Made by a program: the position numbers and the translations under genes. A DNA stretch of 64,000 nucleotides from Mustelus asterias (Eukaryota), in the NCBI RefSeq assembly GCF_964213995.1, contig NC_135818.1, forward strand, positions 80,290,001-80,354,000, given 5' to 3'. The notes beneath the pieces are model-generated. The model saw only the letters and a program-made list of their open reading frames with translations. It was not told the DNA's origin and searched no databases. Of the stretch, positions 12,210 through 25,240 are shown in pieces (the stretch's first letter is position 1; every line of letters starts with the position of its first letter).

Positions 12210-12530
12210 ATAGAACTATAGTATCCTTACAGTGCAGAAGGAAGCCATTCGGCCCATTGAGTCTGCATCCACCACAATCCCATCCAGGCCCTATTCTGGT
12301 AAACCCACATATTTACCCTGCTAATCCCCTGACACTAGGGTCAATTTAGCATGGCCAATCAACCTAACCCGCAGATCTTTGGACTGTGGGAGGAAACTGG
12401 AGCACCCGGAAGAAATCCACGCAGACACGGGGAGAATGTGCAAACTCCACACAGACAGTCACCCAAGGCTGGAGTTGAACCCAGGTCCCTGGGCGCTGTG
12501 AGGCAGCTGTACTAACCACTGTGCCACCCC
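12210..12530 (-). mobile_element. HE1-type SINE
   Basis: Matches the other copies. Confidence 0.88.
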
Positions 12531-12834
12531 TCTATTTCCTCTTGAACATCCCTAATTTTAATCATTTCAGCACAAACAACCATACTTTCACCCTACTTTG
12601 GCTCTAAACTCCAGAATTCCACCCCCAGACATCTCCACCCTCCCTCAAGACACAGTGAAACCTGCCTTTTTGACCAAGCTTTTGGTTTCCTGAGCTAATG
12701 GCTCCTTATACAGTTCAGCATTAAAATCTTTGTTTGATGACTTGCCTGTGTAATGCCTTTGAACATTTTACTACATTAAAGGCACTATAGAAACAGTTTT
12801 AGAGGACCGATCTAACACAGGATTTTTAAATGGA

Positions 12835-13480
12835 GTCATAGATAGAGTCATAGAGGTTTACAGCATGGAAACAGGCCCTATGGCCCAACTTGTCCATGCC
12901 GCCCTTATTTTTTTTTTTAAAAAACCCCTAAGCTAATCCTAATTGCCCGCATTTGGCCCATATCCCTCTATACCCATCGTACCCATGTAACTATCTAAAT
13001 GTTTTTTAATAGATAAAATTGTACCCGCCTCTACTACTACCTTTGGCAGCTTGTTCCAGACACTCACTACCCTGTGTGTGAAAAAATTGCCCCTCTGGAC
13101 ACTTTTGTATCTCCCCCCTTAAACCTATGCCCTCTAGTTTTAGACTCCCTTACCTTTGGGAAAAGATATTGACTATCTACCTTGTCTATGCCCCTCATTA
13201 TTTTATAGACCTCTATAAGGTCACCCCTCAGCCTCCTATGCTCCAGAGAAAAAAGTCCCAGTCTATTCAGCCTCTCCATATAACTCAATCCATCAAGTCC
13301 CAGTAGCATCCTAGTAAATCTTTTCTGCACTCTTTCTAGTTTAATAATATCCTTTCTATAATAGGGTGACCAGAATTGCACACAGTATCCAAGTGTGACC
13401 TTACCAATGTCTTGTACAACTTCAACAAGACGTCCCAACTCCTGTATTCAATGTTCTGACCGATGAAACCAAGCATGCCG
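12835..13480 (-). mobile_element. CR1 LINE 3' fragment
   Basis: YCVQFWSPYYRKDIIKLERVQKRFTRML..RRLRGDLIEVYKI; same subfamily as 33625-35425. Confidence 0.9.
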
Positions 13481-14360
13481 AATGATAAAGTTATGCTATA
13501 GGGTAGATCCAGAGAAATGTTTGCATCTGGTGGAAGCATCCAGGACAAGGGGGCCTAATTTTAAAATCAGAGCTAAGCTATTTAGAATTGAAATGAAATC
13601 AGGACTTAGGTAATGAAAATAAGACACATGCACAGACTTGAAATTTTCAAGGCTCAGATTGTTTTTGTAAGTATCGAGGGAAAAAAGATTGAATTGTGTG
13701 TAGATCAGCTATGATTTAACTCAGAGAAACAGGCCCAAGGGGCTAGATGGACGATTGCCATTGTCAAATTCCTACTATGGCTGAAAATTAATTTTGTAAA
13801 ATAAAAGTCATTAGTGGAGCTGGAATTAGTCAACAGCAGAGGCTCCAACATTGTAAAATCATCACATGAAACTGATCAAAACTTTATGCAGGCAAGAAAC
13901 AGTGTCTGTTTTTCGCGAACAGCCAATGGCACCAGATTGAGAGAGAAAAATCTTCAAATCTTTTTCCAACATTTCATTCCCCCATCCGAGAGAGTGGGCA
14001 GCCGATTTGATGCCTGGCCTGTGTCAGCGTTTGGGAGCCAACACAAGCACAATGAACTACAAACACTCGAGCGTTCGGAACAACAGCGGCTGCGTTCATC
14101 AGCCCAACAACATTGTAGGAGGAATCCATCTGTGGGGTTTACCCCTTTCCCTTTTTAGAGGGGTAAAACACTCAAGCTTCCACTCCATCAGCGCCTGGTG
14201 GGCTGACCCGAGATCTCTGCGGCCACGCAATCAGACATCGCGTCCAAGCACTGCAGAATACTACACGTTAGATGCACCGTTTACTTAAATTTTGTGCTCA
14301 TTCCCCAAAAGCCAAGTGAGGCATGCAAAACATAAATACTATTCGAGTGGCCCTTCTAAC

Positions 14361-14467
14361 CTGATATATTGTGCAGGGGCCAGTTTCTCAGCTGCCCGAA
14401 CAGGCATAGCTGCTGCAACCTTCTGTGAGACTTGTTTTTCAAGAGCTGAACGTGTCTTTTCAGTCAA
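14361..14467 (-). CDS. SNW1: SNW1 exon 5 (107 nt)
   Basis: LTEKTRSALEKQVSQKVAAAMPVRAAEKLAPAQYI(R); AG/GT flanks. Confidence 0.97.
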
Positions 14468-14714
14468 CTGTAATGAAAATAAAGAGAATTTAGGTTAACT
14501 TGCATTTCTTTACCCTCCAGGCTTCAGATGGTCAATGTTCCAAAGAAGCAGTTGATTCCATCTCTAATCTTCATTTTCAAGGACTAATGGGCTATTTCAC
14601 CCATGGCAAAGTCAACTGTCAAACTGCATTTGTCTTAAAATTGAGGTGTTAGAAACATCATTTCAGAGAACACATGAAGCTGTCCATTCCAATGGTTAGA
14701 GCCCTTAAAGAGTA

Positions 14715-15412
14715 TTGATAGGCAGAGGGATTTGGGTGTACAGGTACACAGGTCACAAAGTGGCAATGCAGGTGGAGATGGTAGTCAAGAAGGCATACGG
14801 CATGCTTGCCTTCATCGGCCGCGGCACTGAGTTAAAAAATTGGCAAGTCATGTTGCAGCTTTATAGAACCTTTAGTTAGGCCGCACTTGAAATATAGTGT
14901 TCAATTCTGGTCGCCACACTACCAGAAGGATGTGGAGGCTTTGGAGAGGATATAGAAAAGATTTACCAGATGTTGCCTGGTATGGAGGACATTAGCTATG
15001 AGGAGAGGTTGGAGAAACTTGGTTTGTTCTCACTGGAGTGACGGAGGTTGAGGGGCGACCTGATAGAAGTCTACAAGATTATAAGGGGCATGGACAGAGT
15101 GGATAGTCAGAAGCTTTTTGCCAGGGTGGAAGAGTCAATTACTAGGGGGCATAGGTTTGAGGGGCAAGATTTAAAGGAGATATATGAGGCAAGTTGTTTT
15201 TTTTTTTACACAGAGGGTGGTAGGTGCCTGGAACTCGCTGCCGGGAGAGGTAGTGGAAGCACTACCTCCCCGGCAGCTTCTTGACAAATACATGAATAGG
15301 ATGGGAATAGAGGGATATAGTTCCCGGAAGAGTAGAGGGTTTTAGTTCAGTTGGGCAGCATGGTCCGTGCAGGCCGAGGGGCCTGTTCCGGGTGCTGTAA
15401 TTTTCTTTGTTC
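14715..15412 (+). mobile_element. CR1 LINE 3' fragment
   Basis: RGDLIEVYKIIRGMDRVDSQKLF; same subfamily as 27413-27917. Confidence 0.9.
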
Positions 15413-16167
15413 ATAATTCGATCCACAATTAAGAAGTTTTCTTTCAGACTGTACTAACATTGCAGTCTTGGTTCAAACAGACAGCACACCGGATTATCTG
15501 GCTGATTCTCCAATTTAACCATTGCACAATTATTGATAGGTCTCCAACACCTCACTCCATTGGGCATTCATGTGTGAATCTTAACTGTTAATATCAGTAA
15601 CTACAAGGTCACAGGTACACCACTTAACAGGTAGATCAGGATGGTACAGTAGCGCACTGTATAATATTTCTAACAACTGAGCCATCAGAATGCTCAGGAA
15701 CAAGAAAATGTCAAAGTTGGACTTTCAAATATTCTTTCCTGAATCTCACTGGGCCAATTAGCCTGGACACAATCTTTGTACGGTGTGTATGTGAACATGT
15801 TTAAACACATCCAACTTAATTATAGTACATGGACATCCATTTTATGTTCACATGGGAAAAAGTTAAGATTTATAATGAACTATCTCAAAGGATTCAACAC
15901 ATTTTGTAGCCCAGAGATTTAACATAGAGACAAACAGAACATTACAGCTTAATACAGCAGCTTTCCTGTAACAAAATACACCAAGTTGCTGTACAGGGGA
16001 AGAGTTCAACACACAAATGGTAACATGTTGAATAAGAAAAATATTGCATTTAGATAGCACCTTTCCTATGCCAGGAAATCCCAAAATGCTCCATAGTCAA
16101 TCAGTCTTAGCCTGCCTTCATTTTCACCCATTTGTGACAGAAGTTTAACTCACCCAGATTCCACTCC

Positions 16168-16500
16168 ATAGAATCCCTACAGTGCAGAGGAGGCTATTCG
16201 GCCCATCAAGTCTGCACCAGCTCTCTGAAAGAGCATATTAACCAGTCTCCCCACACCCCCCCTCCCCCGCATAACCCCATTAGTGGATCAGCATGGCTAA
16301 TCCACCTAATGTACACATTTGTGGATGCTAAGGGGCAATTTAGCATGGCCAATCCACCCAACCTGCACATCTTTGGACTGAGGGAGGAGACCGGAGCACC
16401 CAGTGGAAACCCATGCGGACATGGGGAGAACGTGCAAACTCCACACAGTCACCCAAGGTTGGAATCAAACATGTGACTCTGGCGCTGTGAGGCAGCAGTG
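16168..16500 (-). mobile_element. HE1-type SINE (5' truncated)
   Basis: Body and tail match the other copies. Confidence 0.85.
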
Positions 16501-17070
16501 AAATCCTTACTCTCTGGACTTCCCTCCATAAACCCTTGCACCTTTCCTCCTGCCTCTACTTCACCATCTCCTACAGCAGCACCATTATTTTGACCACACG
16601 TTTGGACACCGCTCCTAATCTGCTTCTTCCTGACACAACATCTGTTTTCCATGTGATCACCTGTATGGCACCATCGATTTTTTTAGTTAAATAATTGAAA
16701 GTGCAATAACAAATGCAAGTTATTGATTATATAACGAAACAAGGCAACCAATTCCCAAACAGCAAAATTTTACACACAAAAATTGAGAGAAACGACCAGT
16801 TTAATGTACTTGGGAGGGATTGGTCAGGAAAGGCTCTCAATTCAAAATGTGTAATTGGATCTTCAATTCTACCCAAAGTCTTTCACTAGTTTGATGGACA
16901 TTGTACCTTTACAATGCACAACTAATTGCTTGGATAGATCAGCCTACCTGACTCACCTTTCCAAATCTCTCATCAGGTTCCTCACCATTTCATATTTAAT
17001 TGACAATATATAGCTCAAAACGATAACACACTTCATGCCTAGACATAAACGCCAGTGATAAATAACACAC

Positions 17071-17166
17071 CTCTTTTATACTTTCTTCATCAGGTCTCTG
17101 CAGCTCTGGATCATCTTCATTGATGATCTCCTTTGGAATCAGATCTGTAAACTTGCTGTAGATCAC
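17071..17166 (-). CDS. SNW1: SNW1 exon 4 (96 nt)
   Basis: VIYSKFTDLIPKEIINEDDPELQRPDEESIKE; AG/GT flanks. Confidence 0.96.
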
Positions 17167-17450
17167 CTACACAGGGAAAAATCGTTAAGTTTTCAAATGT
17201 CACATAACTTTTAGAGTTTGGCTCAGAATTGCAGAGCAAATATTCTAATGAAAGATGGAACCCCACCACTTCACAACAACTCCACAATATGTTGCCTGGC
17301 ACAGAATGAGAAACAAAATGATGGAGTATTAATTCACATTACCACCAAAATGCACTCCGAGTCTGCGTTCCACTACTGGAAATGGAAAACAGGACAACAT
17401 ATCAGGTTAATGGAGAAGTTGGACTGCCGTTACGATACACGTTGCCGTAC

Positions 17451-17612
17451 CTTGTCTTTTGACTGCCCTTGCCTAGCAATAGCATCAAATTTGATCTTTC
17501 CCTCTGCATCCACTTGAATCGCCAGTGCATTGGATGACTTTTTCTTGCGACCCATCTCCAATGGAAATTGTGCCATGTGGACCTCTGGGAATGCACCTCC
17601 ATCGCCAAAATC
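17451..17612 (-). CDS. SNW1: SNW1 exon 3 (162 nt)
   Basis: DFGDGGAFPEVHMAQFPLEMGRKKKSSNALAIQVDAEGKIKFDAIARQGQSKDK (within ORF 17430..17636); AG/GT flanks. Confidence 0.98.
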
Positions 17613-18183
17613 CTGGATAAACAAAACAAAGACCAAATCTTCTTCATCAAAACTTTAGAACTCAAGTAACACTCAGGTACTCTGCAGGGGCAAAGTCATA
17701 TTGGTTATTTACATTTTATACAATATAGTCAGTTTTACTGATTGTATTTAGGTTTGACAAATAAAAATGTATCTTTGTAAAGTACTACAGTGACACCACA
17801 CACATTTTTGTCTAGGAAGTCAACTGGTGCTAGCTCACAGGTGTTAATGACTTCGGATTCTGACAGTACTTGGCCACGTTCTCAGTTCTATAAGATGACA
17901 AACTGTTAGAGATTGTATGGCACCAACTTCAAAGCAGCCTCTGCTTTCTCTTTTGCTTAAACACTGACTGCTGCCACCACCATCCCATAGTTTTATTGGG
18001 AGGGAAGAAAGGAACATATTTCTTTGCATAAGACCTTGAATGGGCCCACAGAGGCATTGATGTAGTTTCCTTTACATGCTAAAGCAAAATACTTCTGTTT
18101 AGCTGTTCAAGAAAATATATATTTTTTAATTGTCTGATTGAGCATAAGATGAGGGAACTGTGCCAGCCTAATGATGGGACTTA

Positions 18184-18497
18184 GAATCATGGAATCGCTA
18201 CAGCGCAGAAGGAGCCCGTTTGGCCCATCAAGTCTGCACTGATCACAATCCCACCCAGGCTCTATCCCTGTAACTCCACGTATTTACCCTGCTAGTCCCC
18301 CTTACATTAAGGGGCAATTTAGCATGGCCAATCCACCTAACCCTCACATCTTTGGAGTGTGGGAAGGAACTGGAGCACCTGGAGGAAACTCACGCAGACA
18401 TGAGAAGAACATGCAAACTCCACACAGTCACCCAAGGCCGGAATTGAACCTGGGCCCCTGGTGCGGTGAGGCAGCAGTGCTAACCATTGTGCCACCC
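18184..18497 (-). mobile_element. HE1-type SINE
   Basis: Matches the other copies. Confidence 0.88.
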
Positions 18498-19516
18498 TTT
18501 GTGACAAAGGAGTTATGCATCATAAGCAGTTCAGCCTCAGATGAACAGGGTGTTACAAGTGGTGCTGCAGATTAGGAGATCCAAGGTCTGTGCTGCATTC
18601 AGAGTGATGTAAACTCAGAGGTATTTGGCAGTGCAGTCAAACACATAGGGCCTTCAACTATAAATGGGAGTGCTACATTTTTGTTCAGTCACAATGTCAA
18701 GCAGTGATTTTCTCAGGGACGCCATCACAGGACCTGGCACTGTATGAGACATTTATTTTCTCAACACCACTGACACACTCAGACCCATAGAGCTGAAACC
18801 CACAAACGAGGAGGCAGTCAGCTACTTGGAACCCTCCAATCATAATACATACTGTGCTCCACTTTGGTTGGTATTTACCAGTCAAAAATGTTCTTATTAT
18901 TAAAGCCCAGATTTTGGGCAATACAAGTGCAGTGAACGGACAACGTTTCACCAGAACTGTACAACGACGACATGCTGAAGGCAGGCCCAAGGTCACACGA
19001 TGTTGCTTCGGCACAGAGGCCTTCCATGTTAAATTAATTCGAATTTTGTTCTTTTAGATGATCTGCTTATAAACAAGACTGACCTTGGTTAAAGAAAAAT
19101 TACACAGGCTAGAAGCTTGTAAAAAACTGTAGGAAACCCACAATCTGTCAGCATCTGTTCTGATGAAGTCTAGACCAGAAATGCCTTTTCTTGTCAAACG
19201 CTGACAAACTAGGTGTGAATTTCCAGTGCTTTATCTTGTGCTGTGCTATTTGACGGTCGCCTACTGTGCATTAGCAGCTAACCTCAAAATGAGAATGGCA
19301 GATGCGTCTACAAAAGCAATTAAACATTTGACACAAATATAAACATGCTATCGGAGATCTATCCTGCACTCCCTCACCGCACCGCAATAAGCTTCAGCAA
19401 TTCCAGGACAAACAATGAGCACCTGCAATTTACTGAGAGCTATTCAGTCTCTGCCACAGTCGATGGTGGGGCTAAAGACCCCAACGCGTGGGAAGATTTA
19501 CTTTCTTGCCACTGAA

Positions 19517-19863
19517 TGACTAAGGCGGCGGAGTGATGCATGGCAGATGCACTGGTGAAATTATGTGTTGGCTTAGGAATTATATTTTTTGTCGTCATTT
19601 TTAAGCAGTGCAGTTGGCCTATTGCTTTTGGTGCAGGAATGGGTTTAAGAATGGCCTATGCTAATCACCAGAATGATTTCCAGTCTCCATGTCTTATGTA
19701 TGGAAATTCGTCAAAGACCAATCATCTTAGGATGTATTTGCTGAACCCCTACCAGTTTCCCATGGATCAGTTCTGCCTGTGTGCATATAATAGATTCTTA
19801 TTGCTGTGCTGTATTTAATGTCACTCCTCAAGCTTGTATATTAAATCCATCATAAATAAAAAG
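19517..19863 (+). pseudogene. MICOS10: Processed MICOS10 (MINOS1/Mic10) pseudogene in SNW1 intron 2, antisense to the host
   Basis: MADALVKLCVGLGIIFFVVIFKQCSWPIAFGAGMGLRMAYANHQNDFQSPCLMYG resembles Mic10 ([57 protein letters not shown]); intronless; TGA just upstream; frameshift before FVKDQSS* (TAG 19728-19730); ATTAAA 19840 followed by an A-rich tract. Confidence 0.88.
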
Positions 19864-20007
19864 AGCTAACGACTCCCATTTATTAAAAAACCTACATCTT
19901 CATATGAATTCACAATGCAAAGTGCTGTAGCTGAACATTTAAGCATGTGATGTACCAATCTTGAGGTGTGGAATAAATGACAGGATTTTCTCATGCCAAG
20001 ACATTAC

Positions 20008-20161
20008 CTCTGAGGAGCGAGGAACCCATCCTTTCCTGTGTCCATATGGTGGAGGTTCTCTTCGCGATGCCACTAATGCTGTCTGTCTAATTCGTTGCGA
20101 GCGAACTTTTTCCTCAGCTTCCAGCTGGTCCTGGGACAGTTGGGTTGGCGCAGGCAGAAAA
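20008..20161 (-). CDS. SNW1: SNW1 exon 2 (154 nt)
   Basis: ag|...|gt; (S)FLPAPTQLSQDQLEAEEKVRSQRIRQTALVASRREPPPYGHRKGWVPRSSE. Confidence 0.97.
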
Positions 20162-20879
20162 CTTGGAAGTAAAAGAAAATAACCTTTATTTTAACCATTG
20201 TATTCACCAGAAGCAAGGCAAAGGTACTCTGGCATCTCCATAGTCACCAAAAATAGCAACATAATTGGTACATATACAGTTAGCCATGACGGAGGAATGG
20301 TATCAGTGGTAATGTTTCTGGGTTAGTATCGCGAGGCTTGGATTAATGACCTGAAGACAAGAGTTCAAATCCCACTAGACAAAATACCCTTTAGGAAAGG
20401 AAATTGGCTGTCCTTAGCCGGTCTGGCCTACGTGACTCCAGATCCATTAACCATGCATGCGACGCGCCACCTCTCTCTCTGTTTAGCTGCCATGGGTCAT
20501 CAGCAGCTTTACTGGTTTCACCGCAGGAACTCTGGCCAGGGCTCCTGCTCACACCGAGTGTGTATAAACCGACAAAGCCTGATTTGGAAATATGGCCTCA
20601 ACATATGCTCAGTAAGAAGTTTAACAACACCAGGTTAAAGTCAACAGGTGCTGCCAGTGCCTCAGACGATATGCTAAAGACATCAGCTTGGTCAAGCTGG
20701 ACTATATTACAAAAGGAGCATTCTAATGCAGTACGAAATTGAAAGCAGTATTTGCTGAATGACTTTCTACTGTCTTCACCTGGAATAAGCAAACTTGTGA
20801 TGCTCAATTTTTGTAAATAAAATTTAATTGTCATTTGTGCTACAAAACAACCACACCATTGCATCAATCACTGCAGGAA

Positions 20880-23755
20880 GATTAAGTAATAATAAAACTG
20901 GATGGACCACCTGGCATCAACCTAGGCAGTGGATTCGACAATGACACATCCTACTCAGTCAACTCTGCAAAGTCCTCTTCACTAACATCTGGGCGCTTGT
21001 GTCAGAATTGAGAATTGCCCCACAGACTAGTCAAGCAACAGCCTGACATAGTTATACTCACCAAATCATACCTTAATGCCAATGTCCCAGACTCCATCAC
21101 CACCATCCCTGGGACTATCCTGTTGATGGGGCACAGTTACACAGGAAGTCCTGCACATTAGACTGCAGACCCCATGAAACTACATGGGAAAGGAAACTTC
21201 CAGCTGATTACCACCTACTGCTCTGTACTCAGCTGATGAACCAATACTCCTCCATGTAGCATCACAGCTTACAAGTCCTGAAGGACTGATGTGATTGGGT
21301 CTGCAGCAGATTGTTAGAGAACTAGAAAATAGGGAAAAACCTACTTGATCTCATCCTCACCTATCTACTTGTCACAGATGCATCAATGCATGACGTTTTG
21401 GTGGGAGTGACCCTCACAGTTCTTGTGGAGTTGGTTGTGTCTTCATTAAGGCACTCCATTGTGTTTGGTGGCACTGCCACAATGCTAATTGGGATAGATT
21501 CAGCAGCATATTCCTCTCTCTAACATTGCCAGTGGACTAACCATGGTGCAAAGAATGTAGGAGAGCTTACCAGGAACATCAGGCATCCCAAAAAAATGAG
21601 ATGAAACAACACTTGTGGTAAACAGTGGACACAGCATGTTATAGCCAGAGCTAAGCCATCCCACAACCAATGCATCAGATTTAATCTCTGCAGTTCTGCC
21701 ACATCCAGTGATGAAAGGTGGTGGACAATTAAACAACTAACCAGAGGCAGCCACGGCTCTGCAAACATCCCCATTCTCAATGTAGGAGGAACTCAGCACA
21801 TCAGCTCAAAAAACAAGGCTAAGGATTCGTCACCATCTTCAGTCAGATACAGGGGAGGTGGTGGCCTAGCGGTATTATTGTTAGACAATTAATCCAAAAA
21901 TCAACTAATGTTCTGGGGACCCGGGTTCGAATCCCGCCACAGCAGATGGTGGAATTTGAATTTTAAAAAAAATATCTGGAATTAAGAATCTACTGATGAC
22001 CATGAAACCATTGTTCAATGTTGGAAAAATCCATCTGGTTTACTAATGTTCTTTAAGGAAGGAAATCTGCCGTCCTTATCTGGTCTGGCCTACATGCGAC
22101 TCAAGAGCCACAGAATTGTGGTTGACTCTCAACTGCCTTCCAAGGGCACCTAGGGATTGGTAATAAATGCTGACCAGCCAGCAATGCCCATATCCCATGA
22201 ATGGATAAAAAAATTACGGCAAGTGGACGATCCACCACTGCCTCCTGCTGGGTTCCCAAGCATCACAGACGCCAGTATTCAGACAATGTGGTTCATTCCA
22301 GGTGACATCAAGAAATGGCTGAATGAGCTGGATACAGCAACACTCTGGCAATAACACTGGAGACTAGAGTGCCCCAGAGCTAACTGCATCACAACTCAAG
22401 CTGTTCCAGTGCAGCTATAACAACGGCATTTATCCCTGGTACTTCGTGTCCACAGAAAGGGCAAATCCTGACCCGTCAATTGCTGTGCCAGCAGTTTGCT
22501 TTCAATAATCAGCAAAGTGCTGGAAGATGTCATCGACTCAAGTGGCTTTTACCCAGCAATTACTTATGCATTGATACTCAGTTTAGAATCCACCAGGACC
22601 CGTTGGTTCTCATTACAGCCTTGGCCTAAACATGGATAAAATGAGTTGAATTCCTGAGGTGAGGCGAGAGTGACTGCCCTCGGCATCAAGGCAGTATTTG
22701 ACCGAGTGTGGCATCAAGGGGCCCTAGCAAGACTGGAGTCAATGGAAATCGGGGGTAAAGTTCTCCACCGGTTGGAGTCATATCTAGCAGAAAGGTGGTG
22801 GTTGTTGAAGGCTAATAATCTCAGCCCCTGTATAATCCTCAGGAGTGTCCTAGAATCAATCATCTACAGCTGCTTCATCAATGATCTTCCTTCCAACATT
22901 AGGTCAGAAGTGAGAGTGTTCACTGATGATTGTAAATTGTTCAATGTAATTACTGACTCCTCAAATACTGAAACAGTTTGTCAATATGCAGAAAGACCTG
23001 GACAACAAACAGGTTTGAGCTGCCAAGTGGCAAATTATATTTGTGCCACACAAGTGCCAGGGAAAGACCATTGCCAACAGGAGAGAATTCAACCAATCTC
23101 CCCATGACACTCAATGGCACTGACATCACTGATTCGCTCCCAAACATCTTGGAAGTTAACATTGACCAGAAATACAACTGGACCAGCAATTTTATATACT
23201 ATATGTTACACACTGTGACTACAAGAGGTCAGTGGCCGGAAATTCTGCAGCAAGTACCTGACCCATCGACTCGCCAAAGCTTATCCATCACCTATAAGCC
23301 ATATGTCAGGAATCAGGAGTGTGATGGAAGACACCACTTGCCTGGCAGCCATTGACCTCCTTAAAACGTTCATTCCCTCCACCTCTGGTACATAGTTGTT
23401 GCTGTGCATAGCGCCTACAGGATGCAATGCAGTGACAAGCCATGCCTCCTTCAGCACCACCTTCTAAACCCATGGCCTCTACCGTGGGTGTGAGGAACAA
23501 GAGTAGCAGGCACATGGGACTATCAACTAAGCTCTCCTCCACATCATCCAGACTTAACGATTATTGCCATTCCTTCACCGTCACCAAGAAAAACCTGGAA
23601 TTTCCTTCCCAACAGCACTGTGGTGTACCAACGTCGCACAGACTGCAGTGATCCAAGATGGAGGCCCACCACCACCTTCTCAAGGGCATTAGAGATATGC
23701 AACAAATGCTGATTTTGCTTGTGGCCACAGCCCCTGAACAAATTTTGAAAAAACA
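20880..23755 (+). mobile_element. Degenerate non-LTR element (same family as 6053-7910) with an inserted tRNA-derived SINE (about 21853-22212)
   Basis: ALGIKAVFDRVWHQGAL..CFINDLPSNIRSEVRVFTDDC (RT); the SINE 3' tail matches the LINE tail at 6053-6130. Confidence 0.8.
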
Positions 23756-23943
23756 AAAGGCTCAGTTAAGCAAAATCTGTTTCCCAATGAAGATGCCCAG
23801 GCACAGCTGACCGCCAGGCAGGTCTAGGACACAGTCCTGGCACACAGCTTGCAAGAAAGTCACTTGCGTTTGGTGGAGTGACAGGCCAACGGAAAGCAGG
23901 AAGTCTTTCCTGAAACAAAGTCAGCCCTGTGAACCCCGTATCA

Positions 23944-24331
23944 CCGTATCACAACTCAAGCTGTTCCAGTGCAGCTATAACAACGGCATTTATCCCAGGT
24001 ACTTCGTGTCCACAGAAAGGGCAAATCCTGACCCATCAACTGCTGTGCCAGCAGTTTGCTTTCAATAATCAGCAAAGTGTTGGAAGATGTCATCGACTCA
24101 AGTGGCTTTTACCCAGCAATTACCTATTCATTGATACTCAGTTTAGAATCCACCAGGACCCTTTGGTTCTCATTAAGCCTTGGCCTAAACATGGATAAAA
24201 TGAGTTGAATTCCTGAGGTGAGGCGAGAGTGACTGCCCTCGGCATCAAGGCAGTTAGCAAAAGGTGTGGCTTTTGCTACCAAATAAACCTGTTGGACCGT
24301 AACCGGGTGTTGTTAAACTTCTTACTGTGTT
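23944..24331 (+). mobile_element. Composite insertion: copy of local DNA (22388-22695) joined to a Penelope-like terminus, with a 12-bp TSD
   Basis: AACCCCGTATCA at 23932-23943 and 24332-24343; 23948-24254 nearly identical to 22388-22695; 24264-24331 is the TGTGGCTTTTGCTACCAAATAAACC.. terminus. Confidence 0.8.
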
Positions 24332-24514
24332 AACCCCGTATCAAGACAAACTAGAACAAATTACGCAGAACAGCGATTCATCCAACTTTCAATATCTTTC
24401 TTTTTTTATTTGGAATTCCTCAATGAACTGTTTCTCACCGCAACAAAACTAAGCAACTGAGTATGAAGATCGGCAATGTCTTGGCGTCATAAGCCAAATA
24501 TATTTTAACCACGG

Positions 24515-25240
24515 TAAGGGCATGAGATACAATAAATGGCAGAACCATCAGGAGTATAGACACACAGAGGGACCTGGGTGTACAAGTCCACAGATCCTTA
24601 AAGGTGGCAGCACAGGTGGAGAGGGTGGTCAAGAAGGCATATGGCATGCTTGCCTTTATTGGACGGGGCATAGAATATAAAAGTTGGCATATGCTGTTGC
24701 AGCTGTATAGAACGATGGTTAGGCCACATTTGGAATACTACGTCCAATTCTGGTCGCCACACTACCAGAAGGATGTGGAGGCTTTGGAGAGAATACAGAA
24801 AAGGTTTACCAGGATGTTGCCTGGTATGGAGGGTCTTAGCTATGAGGAGAGATTAGGTAAACTGGGGTTGTTCTCCCTGGAAAGACAGAGGATGAGGGGA
24901 AACCTAATAATTATGAAGTGCATAGATAGAGTGAACAGTGGGAAGCTTTTTCCCAGGTCGGAGGTGACAAACACAAGGGGTCACGGGTTCAAGGTGAGGG
25001 GGGGGGGCAAGGTTCAACAGATGTCAGGGGGACGTATTTTACACAGAGGGTGGTGGGGGCCTGGGATGCACTGCCAAGCAAGGTGATTGAGGCGGACACG
25101 CTGGGATCGTTTAAGACTTATCTAGATAACCACATGAACAGACTGGGAATAGAGGGATACAAAAGAATGGTCTAGTGGGCACATGAGCGGCGCAGGCTTG
25201 GAGGGCCGAAGGGCCTGTTCCTGTGCTGTATTGTTCTTTG
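24515..25240 (+). mobile_element. CR1 LINE 3' fragment
   Basis: ORF 24604..25086: VVKKAYGMLAFIGRGIEYKS..RPHLEYYVQFWSPHY. Confidence 0.9.
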
